Below, piece by piece: positions 27,986-38,810 of a stretch of DNA of 64,000 nucleotides. Below the pieces are notes generated by a model. It was given only the letters and a program-made list of their open reading frames with translations, had not been told where the DNA came from and did no database searches. Positions within the stretch are counted from its first letter, which is position 1. The number at the start of each line of letters is the position of its first letter. A program made the position numbers and the translations under genes. Source of the stretch: Mizuhopecten yessoensis (lineage: Eukaryota); NCBI RefSeq assembly GCF_002113885.1, contig NW_018408864.1:2037412-2101411 (forward strand), written 5' to 3'.

Positions 27986-29941
27986 TTATTACCCAATGGG
28001 TACGTTTTCCTTGGCGTCGTAGAAACGTCAGTTTCCGCCGCCATATTTGTTTTGGAAAACTAATCTGTTCGATACCCCTCGCTATTTATCTATCAACCAT
28101 GATATTTCGATTCGCTGGCAAACTTTTGCCAGCACGCCTCTGAGAGTTGTAATAATACAATTGGAAACTATCAATTTCATTTTCATTGTACATACCGTAC
28201 GTAGCTACATGTATGTATGTGTTTTCTTTCTACAGAATTACATTTCTGCAATCCGGATAAAGATAGCATACCGTTTCATCTTTTAGTTTGTAATTTTGTT
28301 TTCCGGTTTCGAGTTGTTTATCGTCGGCGAATGACCCGTGTGGCGGTGCATGCTTTCGGTTCGACATTTTGACCAGGGACTTCTACTTCACAGGTTTACA
28401 AGGTTTAAACTACACACGTTTGCATGCATGAAGCAATTATTTTAGTGATATTCAATGACAAGTGTTCCATTTGTTTTTATAAGGGAGTAAAGACAGGTCC
28501 TGCACAACGCAACTACTATTAATATTGAGCTTGTTAGACTTTCAGCCGTTGGTTACGTTATTTGATATAACGCATCCAACGGATGAAAGTCTCACAAGAT
28601 CGATATTGATAGTAGTTGCGTGCCCCATGTGGTCCTGTTAATGAGTTATATCCACTGGCAGGTACTTGGTACATAAAAATAAATATAAAAACATATTTGG
28701 TGTGTATACATAGGATGCTTACTATGTTAATAACTTACAATATATATGCGAAATATTTTCTAAGGAGTAGACTAATAATGTTACATTTTCAGTGGCATAA
28801 ACACTATATATGTAGTACTAATATTAAAACCCGCCTCCTCTGCCCCGCCGCCGGCCGCATAAAAAAGGTCCGGTAGTTAAAAGCTACGTTATCGCAGCTA
28901 ATGATATTGGTGTACCGTCCAAGGCCTGTTACATTGTCCTTGGCATTATCAGCAGTTGATTTTGTATACTTAACGGAGGACCTCAGTGAGTCACTGCATA
29001 CTTTATTATCTGTAGGATACGACAGATTGTGTCAATTCAGATACTAAAATGATATGGTTGCCGTTTAACTTCAAGCTAGACTTCCTGTTTAACTCAACCT
29101 GTGTAGCGGAAGCTGGGAGACTATTAGTACCTATATTTAAATACATGACCTACACACAATATATAAAAGGCTTGTTATCAAAAGCTACGTGATCACAGCG
29201 AGGGGACTATGACTGGATCCATAGTGGAAGCTCACTACTTTCTTCCTGTTAAAGATAGTAGTTTTGGCCCTCTCTGTGGTTGCTGCACGTTAGATACTGT
29301 TTTGGAGCCTGATCAAATATAAAAAGGAAGTCGCAGTATTGTACATTTTAAAAATGATTAAGTTTCTCAATTACATCCTGCTACAGGGAACTTACTTCCT
29401 TTTAGCACCATTGTAAGAACGGCCGACTGGATAGCTGGGAGGGTGAGGTGGGGGCTGATTTGTTTCCTGTTGGAAACACTACTTATTTTCTGTTTAGTTA
29501 TTAAACATTTAATCGATTTACATAATCTCAAATGAGAAAAAAGTACGGATTCAGTATGTCATGGCGCATCGTCCGTCATCTGTCTATCCATCAACTTTTC
29601 CTTTAACACGATACTAGTCCTGAACGGCTAAGTGGTTTTTAACTCAATTTGGTTTGGAGCATCTTTGGGCCAAGGGCAGTATTTTTTTTATAAACGCGGT
29701 TGTGGTCCCCCTGGGGGCAGAGGGGTGGGGCCAATAGGAGAAATAGAGGTAAACATTTAAAATCATTTTTCTACCATAAAGATTAAGGAATTTCATCCAA
29801 ATTTGGTCTGGACCATCATGAGGTCAAAGGGCACTCTAATTTGTATAAACGGTGGGTGCCGAGCTACTATTTTATTTGCAATTGACAACAAAAGTAATAT
29901 CATACAATACAAACATTCATTTACATTATACACAATATACA

Positions 29942-32566
29942 ATGTGTTACTGTCGTAATGCTGACATATAGACACATGTTACTGTCGTAATGCTAACATA
30001 TAGACACATGTTACTGTCGTAATGCTGACATATAGACACATGTTACTGCCGTATAGCTGACATATAGACATGTGTTACTGTCGTAATGCTGACATATAGA
30101 TACATGCTACTGTCGTAATGCTGACATATAGACAGTAACATATGTATATATGTCAGAATTACGGCAGTGACATGTGTCTATATGTCAGCATTACGACATT
30201 AACACATGTCTATATGTCAGCTATATGGCAGTAACATGTGTCTATATGTCAGTTATACGGCAGTAACACATGTCTATATGTTACTGCCGTATAGCTGACA
30301 TATAGACACATGTCTATATGTCAGCATTACGTCAGTAACATATGTCTATATGTCAGCATTACGTTAGTAACATATGTCTATATGTCAGCATTACGACAGA
30401 AAAATATGTCTATATGTTAGCATTACGACAGCAACATGTGTCTATATGTTAGCATTACTACAGTAACATGTGTCTATATGTCAGCATTAGGACAGTAACA
30501 TATGTCTATATGTCAGCATTACGTCAGTAACATATGTCTATATGTCAGCATTACGTTAGTAACATATGTCTATATGTCAGCATTACGTCAGTAACATATG
30601 TCTATATGTCAGCATTACGATAGTAACACATGTCTGTATGTTAGCTATACGACAGTAACATGTGTCTATATGTCCGCATTACGACAGTAACATGTGTCTA
30701 AATGTTAGCATTACGACAGTAACATGTGTCTAAATGTTAGCATTACGACAGTAACATGTGTCTAAATGTTAGCATTACGACAGTAACATGTGTCTATCTA
30801 TTAGCATTACGACAGTAACACATGTCTATATGTCGGCATTACGACAGTAACATATGTCTATATATTAGCATTACGACAGTAACATGTGTCTAAATGTTAG
30901 CATTACGACAGTAACATATGTCTATATTTCAGCATTACGACAGTAACACATGTCTATCTGTCAGCATTACGACAGTAACATATGCCTATATGTTAGCATT
31001 ACGACAGTAACACATGTCTGTATGTTAGCTATACGACAGTAACATGTGTCTATACGTCAGCTATACGGCAGTAACACATGTCTATTTGTTAGCATTACGA
31101 CAGTAACATGTGTCTATGTCTGTATGTTAACTATACGACAGTAACATGTGTCTATATGTCCGCATTACGACAGTAACATGTGTCTAAATGTTAGCATTAC
31201 GACAGTAACATATGTCTATATATTAGCATTACGACAGTAACATGTGTCTAAATGTTAGCATTACGACAGTAACATGTGTCTATACGTCAGCTATACGGCA
31301 GTAACACATGTCTATATGTTACTGCCGTATAGCTGACATATAGACATGTGTTAATGTCGTAATGCTGACATATAGACACGTGTTACTGTCGTAATGCTGA
31401 CATATCGACATGTGTTACTGTCGTAATGCTGAAATATAGACATATGTTACTGTCGTAATGATAACATATAGACATATGTTACTGTCGTAATACTAACATA
31501 TAGACATATGTTACTGTCGTACTGCTAACATATAGACATATGTTACTGTAGTAATGCTGACATATAGACACATGTTGCTGTCGTAATGCTGACATATAGA
31601 CAAATGTTACTGTCGTAATGCTAACATATAGGCACTTGTTACTGTCGTAATGCTGACATATGGACATGTGTTACTGACGTAATGCTGACATATAGACACA
31701 TGCTACTATCGTAATGCTGACATATAGACATATGGTACTGTCGTAATGCTGACATATAGATACATGCTACTGTCGTAATGCTGACATATAGATACATGCT
31801 ACTGTCGTAATGCTGACATATAGATACATGCTACTGTCGTAATGCTGACATATAGACATTTGTTACTGTCGTAATGCTAACATATAGACAGGTGTTACTG
31901 TCGTAATGCTGACATATCGACATGTGTTACTGTCGTAATGCTGAGATATAGACATGTGTTACTGTCGTAATTCTGACATATAGACATGTGTTACTGTAGT
32001 AATGCTGACATATAGACACATGTTGCTGTCGTAATGCTGACATATAGACATGTTTTACTGTCGTAATGCTGACATATAGTCATGTGTTACTCTCGTAATG
32101 CTAACATATAGACACATGTTACAGTCGTAATGCTGACATATAGACATGCGTTACTGTCGTAATGCTGACATATAGACAGTAACATATGTATATATGTCAG
32201 AATTACGGCAGTGACATGTGTCTATATGTCAGCATTACTACAGTAACATATGTCTATATGTTAGTATTACGACAGTAACATATGTCTATATTTCAGCATT
32301 ACGACAGTAACACATGTCTGTATGTTAGCTATACGACAGTAACATGTGTCTATACGTCAGCTATACGGCAGTAACACATGTCTATATGTTACTGCCGTAT
32401 AGCTGACATATAGACACATGTTACTGTCGTAATGCTAACATATAGACATGTGTTACTGCCGTATAGCTGACATATAGACACATGTTACTGTCGTATAGTT
32501 AACATACAGACATATGTAACTGTCGTAATGCTAACATATAGACATGTGTTACTGTCGTAATGCTAA
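29942..32566. repeat. 32-bp minisatellite with repeated orientation switches
   Basis: Unit tgttactgtcgtaatgctgacatatagacaca, about 80 units; strand switches near 30132, 30279, 30311, 31318, 32176 and 32388. Confidence 0.95.
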
Positions 32567-33343
32567 GGATTCCTCTCATGCACCTCTTATTATCATTATC
32601 TGATATACTATACCCGCAATATTATATATGATGCACTACAGTATCTATATATTACAAGCTGTATCCTACAGTCTTGGTAGCTTGCCAAACGGTGAACGAG
32701 TTACAAAGTCCCATGTTAAAAATCTCCTTCTATCCCATGAAACAGTACAGCACAATAAATACATGGTATGCACACCACAACGATATGTATAGATATTTCA
32801 TGCGTAGCCTAGTTACCTGATGAACCCAGAAGCACAAGACAAAGCACTGGCAACTCTGACTAACAGTTTGCTTTTCGTACGGGTCACACAGGCAATACTT
32901 TATTAATTCTACCACAACACAATCTCATTTCAAATTTTTCCTTAGAGAATCCTCCTAACAAGACAACATAAAAACAAAAGCAAAATCCATACATTCTTTC
33001 TAAGGAAAAGGGAGGAAAGACTGAGTAACATCGTTTGATGTGTAGGTAATGTTTGCCAACTGATTTAAAGAAGGTGGTATTTACCAAAATGACCATGAAC
33101 AATCCTATCGTTTCAGTGTCCCACACAGTTGATATTAAGTGTTGTTGGCAGTAATACAGAGCAGAGCAGACAATTCTAAAGGTGATTACACACAGAATTA
33201 TAGCCTGACACATCTGCCCTTCTTGAAGTTGGTTACTAATTCATAATTGATCCACCTTTTTTTGTTTTGTTTAAAATAGGTAAGCTATTTCTAAAGGAAG
33301 AGTCTTCTACAGCAGTGAGCCAGGTACAACAGGTTTGAAAAAC

Positions 33344-36341
33344 ATGGCATCCAGCTGCGAGGAAGAATACTCGGCTCTTTACCGTAAGTGTCTGGAAATT
33401 AGACCAGATTGACCATACACTTATACTTGATGGTAATTAATGATGGATCAGCCTATATGAATAAATCATTTTAAGTAATCAAATGAGTTATCGATATTAG
33501 ATATTTATCACATCTATTATAGGGTGACAGTGCCCTGGGTCAACCTGGGAATATCACTCACAACAAATGGAAGCATGAAAAACCTTTTAAAATGCATTTG
33601 TGACATCATTATGTACTTTATGCAATTTGCTAATTAGTCCATCAAGATGTCCCCACCTGTTCCTTATGTTTAATTACTTGGTTAGGAACTAAGTATCACA
33701 AAGTAAGTTAAAATGAGAAATTTTCACTTAAAATATAATGAATATAATCCTGATTGACAGTAGGTAAAATTTTATTATTTTACCTTTTTCGCCAGATCCT
33801 CAAATTCTGGTCAACTTCAGTAAAAGTATATCATAGACTATTAGTCATGTTTTAAAAACCTTGATACGAAAATATTCCAACTTCTTTTCATCTTCATTCA
33901 GTATAATATTTGTATGTAACATACATAAATCAGTCTAATTTCTGTAATAAAGACTCACCATCTTAACGTTAAGATTCCTTTAACTGACTGGTGTGTTATG
34001 TTAATAATTCTTTATAAAAAATACATCTGTAATGGTTTAACCAAGATAAATTATTCAAAATGTATATTAATTTCACTGAATATTACCTGTTGTTGGTTTT
34101 TAATGACAGTTGGTATTGTGGATGACGAAGATAATTACGTAAAGTTCAAGATAGATAGGAAAGATCTTGGTGATTTTAGAAAGCTGGATTTTAGCGTCAC
34201 TTTTGATGAGGCACAAAGGTGAGTCTGTCCTCTGTCCTGTCTTTGACCTTTTTGTCTAGCATGTTTAATTTCCTGACTTTTTATCATACTTTACCTTCAT
34301 TTACCTGAATGATAAAACTTTGCCTCATCAGATGGCAATGATGGTGGAATGTTGATGTAGTATTTCATCTTTGCTCTCTCATCCATTCTTAAGCATTTCT
34401 TATTGTCACTATTTCTCAAGGAAACACTGGACAAATATTTCTTTTTTTCTCTATGTAATGTAGATTCCCCTTTGTCTATGTTTTTATTTTGAGACTGATC
34501 TGAAGAACAAAATAGCTGCCAAGCGGCAATGATAGATTTTGACTGATGAAGATTGTTATCGCTATTTTTCTGGATCGAGCCATCTGACTCATAGGTTGAA
34601 TATCAAACAATTACATCATGTAATACCTGTACAAGATATTTTGATACAAATTTAAATTGATGAAGTGGAGAGTGAGCTTACAAATTACACAAGTAGTTTT
34701 CCATGTCAGACATTGATTTCTCTACGTTTACTCATAGCGCAATATAAATACATTCCTATATTGCATAATTCTTTTACATTATTAGTACTCAATAATTTCG
34801 TTAACTTATAAACATTAGGACTTCTGTGATAGAATCGCTTGATATATTTACGTCTCAGGTCTTGATGTAATGGACATTTTAGGATGAAATTCATTTTCTA
34901 TATCACCAGAAGCACAGCGAGAACAATGATGATATATTCTGTCGAACACCATTGTTCCGTCTACCTACTTCAATATTTAAATCATGAGACGACAATCTTA
35001 AACATGTAATAAGGCGTTTGTACTTAGATTCTATAGATTTACATAAGTAAAATTGAAGACAAACATTATCAAAAAGGTGCTGGTATAAATAACCTTTAGG
35101 TGACCTTGCTAAATTTGGTATCATCTTCTGTTTACAATTATCTAAAATTCTTTGTTCTATATTCTTAAAAGCAATGTTCTTGTCAGGTCTGTCTCAAACT
35201 CAATTTTGTATTGATACACAGTGAGAATTGCTTCAACAATTTATTAAATGTAGGTCACTGTGACCAATATTTACACTTCAGTAACTTTGGATTTAGCATC
35301 ATTTCTTGGTGTGACTTAGAATTTACTCTATTTCCATCAAATGAGGTGGTGCATATATGTTTTTAAAATATTTTCAAGTTAGAATAAACTTTGTTTTGAA
35401 TTGAAATAAAACAGACCCGGAGGTTTACTTACAGAAATGATAACAATGATCCCAGATTTCTGTTAAAACAGCACAGATTTAAGAGTATCACAGACAGGGC
35501 ATATATTTAACAAGATAAATGACTGTGTAGCATACACAATGAAAAAAATGTTTTAAAAAAATCTTAAGTTTCTTACATTAACTTCACTCTTTGGACAATA
35601 AAACTGTAAAAGCATACATGAGACAGAACGTTTTTGTGAGCTTCCTGGAGATCACCATCAGGACTGAACTCGTTTAATATTTTTCTTTAATTATTACTTG
35701 TGTGTTTTGGTATATATTTTTATCATGAGTTTCGTAGATATTGTTTGTGTCCTCTTTTATCTTATTTCATTTCCTTTTCTCATTTGTTTTACAGACAGCT
35801 GTGGGTTCGGACCAGGAAGGACAATGTCTTGTATCAATGTAATTACCTCATTAAGGGATTAATTAAAACTTCAAACCTTGAAGGGGGACTAAAGGCGAGT
35901 CGCTAATCTTTTTATCTCATTCCTGTTTTTGGGAGTAATAGATTCCAATAGTATTCCAATAGATTCTTAATCTCCAAACTTGGGTTCTCACAGTGATACT
36001 ATACTTTCTTGAGCTCCATCGGGGATACTTAATATGACCAAATTAGTTCTTCTTGTATGGCGAAACAGCAAGTGGAAATATATTTTGATAAGGAGTTTCA
36101 GGGTCATGCAGTAGTTTCTTAATTCGTCAGTGAACGCAACTCTAGTTTTACTTTCTACATACACATGTTTGATATTCATATTTCATTTCCAAAATTTGAG
36201 ATATAGGTTTTTCCCTGTTCAACATGATAACATCATTCAGATGCAATGGTTTTCTTTGGTTTACAGAAGAAGAAGGATTATGCATCCCTGCGGATAGAAA
36301 AGGATTTGAAAAATGGAAAATTTAATCTTAATGACAAATAA
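33344..36341 (+). CDS. Spliced gene, tandem copy 3: diverged 107-aa paralog with GC-AG third intron
   Basis: Exons 33344-33383, 34110-34218, 35795-35894, 36267-36341 give MASSCEEEYSALYLGIVDDEDNYVKFKIDRKDLGDFRKLDFSVTFDEAQRQLWVRTRKDNVLYQCNYLIKGLIKTSNLEGGLKKKKDYASLRIEKDLKNGKFNLNDK*. Frame intact; the intron-3 donor is AAG|gcgagt; the stop codon is shifted by 3 codons. Confidence 0.75.
34575..35180 (-). mobile_element. 5'-truncated CR1/L2-group LINE in intron 2 of copy 3
   Basis: Minus-strand peptides ITCLRLSSHDLNIEVGR and FILKCPLHQDLRRKYIKRFY are typical LINE ORF2 C-terminal motifs; absent from the same intron in copies 1/2. Confidence 0.8.
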
Positions 36342-36842
36342 AACACATCATCATCAATGCTCTTTAGAATGGTTGAGTACAGCTTTTGTTGTAATCAAGA
36401 TTTCAGAGAAGATCAAAGACAGCTTTTTAAGAGACAATCCTGGAATATTCTAACACAGCATTTAGTTTATAGTTCACATTTATAAAACTGTACATTATAC
36501 ATAATAACGATGTGATCTCTTGTTGCTAGACATTAACACTGGATAACCTCCACTTGTTGGATAACATATATTAACATAATTATAGACATCAACATAGATT
36601 ACCTTGGCTCGTTTAAGAATACCTTTTAGGTATAATACTGGAATATCTCCCCTTGTTGGAGATGACCATAATATAACCTACATGGAGATGACCATAATAT
36701 AACCTACAATGTACATGTATTTTAATTGAAGGAAATCTCTTGTAAAAAAGTTGATAACGAGACTTTTAAAAACATCGTACTGTGTATTGAATTCATTTCA
36801 CTGTCTTAACTGGGTAACAACAGACAATAAACTGAATTGTTT

Positions 36843-37681
36843 TGTGATGTCTAATAATGTTTAATAAATAAAGGACGAAAAAAGGCGACGAAGACTCCCT
36901 TTATAGTTTCCATCTTGTAGAGAAATTTATTTCACACACCTCCAGAGAGGGTGAAAAACTACAAAGAAAAACGAATAAAACACTCATAAGATTACTGGAA
37001 ATTAACTAGGTCAAACAATGGTAATTATCTCAAACCGACAAAAATGTTGGAGCTAAACAATAGCCACTTTATCTTTTAGTTTAGGCTTCTTTTATATGAA
37101 CATTGTGCCATCAAAATTACATACAGAATAAATTTACTATTGCTCCATACCACTTGATAATAAATTAGAAAATACCCTGTGCTAACCAGATCCTTCAAGA
37201 CACAACACGTCACATACCAGACACAATTATGGTTAGTTGCACGATATTCTCATTACTATTATTCATATTAATACAGTTGGTAACTATAATGAAGTACAAA
37301 ATAATAAAATATACTATTTGACTAGGTTATTGTGTCGAGCAAACAAGCAGACGACACCGATTGAAATATGGCGGGACCCACCCAAGCCCAACAAAACCAT
37401 CGGATTTACCAAACGTACAGAATGAGCATATGCATATTACATAAAAACCAGCATCAAAGATACATTATGCAATAAATCATACAGTTATTATAAACACTTA
37501 CTCCTTAGGGAGGCCCGCATTTAGCCAAACCAAAAGCAGCGTGACTGTGACGCTTCCACATGGTAGACATAGGAACTTGGAAAACAAAACTAATATGTGG
37601 AATAGAGGCGGGTACTAATTTCCGGACAATAAATTCCGAACTTATAGTCCGGACTATAAATTCTGGACCAAGACCGTCACA
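36843..37681. mobile_element. Solo LTR (Gypsy-like, 4-bp TSD)
   Basis: TGTGATGTCT...AGACCGTCACA imperfect inverted termini (TG..CA), GTTT duplicated on both sides, and the empty site aattGTTTgttata present in units 1 and 2. Confidence 0.8.
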
Positions 37682-38602
37682 GTTTGTTATAACCCAATGT
37701 TATGTGATGCAATGCTAGTCTTTACATCATGATTACCAGAGGAAGAGAGCAGGTACAAATTATACTGCAAAAGTCACAAGGACTAATTTCATCATAGACA
37801 TTAACACCGGCTTCTCTCTCCCCTTGTTAGAGATTACTATATAGGCAGTAACACTGGATTGTTGGAGATGAAGGAAATCTCTGGTATAAAAAATGTTGAT
37901 AATGAGACTTTAACAAAAATCTGTTTATTTGATTCATTTCATTCGAAGGAATGAGCATGCACACATTATGCTGCAAAAGACACAATTAGTGCTAAAAGTA
38001 TTAAGTAAACCTGAATTAAAGTTGTATTTACCTTGAAATAAAATGTTTTTTTTAGTTTTTATAAATGAATTTGTATCTACATTCCTTTATACTGGTATGT
38101 GATGTCTTGCCTACAATGAGTTATGGCCATGAAACAGTGCTAGAAATTTAGATCGAATTGTTTTGAAATAATGACTTCTTTTGGACATATTTGATGTTGA
38201 AAGTTGACAGTGCATTATTAAAAGATCAAGTGTTTTGGTTTAAGTGCTTACTTAGATGATGACAAAAGTGCTTTACTCTAACTTAATTTCCAAAATGTTA
38301 TTTGACCATTCTTCTTCCATGTATAGTTTATCTTTTGAATTTGGCAAAAAATTCAAGACCTTTTCTAGCTACGATGGTTGAAAAAACATTTGAAAATATA
38401 ATACTTTTGGGGATTAATTGGTCTTCTCGTAAACGAATATTCCTTGTATTTAAGACAGATACATAGTTTTGCGTCTGATAGTAGTATGTAAGACTGCTGA
38501 CGAGCTACGTATACGATATTGCATTAAGATGAAACAATGAAATTGTTCCAGAAACAGAACTAAAATATTATTGTCGCAGAATTCAATACCTATGCCTGTA
38601 TA

Positions 38603-38810
38603 ATTGGAGGGCGTCATGTAGTGTTCGTGGCTCAACTTCTCGATAAAATTTACATTCGCTGTCTCATTCGGAACACCTTGCCCCGATTACAGTTCCTTCC
38701 AATGTAGATGACCGAATCGGCCGAGAAGTTCCGAGTGTCGCTGTCTTTGCTTGTAAATCAAGATTGATATCGCGCAGACGGTGACAATCCCCACCACCAG
38801 ACGTTGTCAT
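38603..38810 (-). pseudogene. Possible disrupted first coding exon of a type II membrane protein
   Basis: Minus-strand frame RLVVGIVTVCAISILIYKQRQRHSELLGRFGHLHWKEL*SGQGVPNETANVNFIEKLSHEHYMTPSN: a signal-anchor-like segment with an internal stop and an out-of-frame ATG, cut off at the unit-3 boundary. Confidence 0.3.

Larger units (their letters stand above)
23662..38602 (+). repeat. Tandem segmental duplication unit 3 (diverged, insertion-rich)
   Basis: Close to units 1/2 up to ~27057, then roughly 90% identical with several private insertions; homology ends at cctatgcctgta (~38601). Confidence 0.85.
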
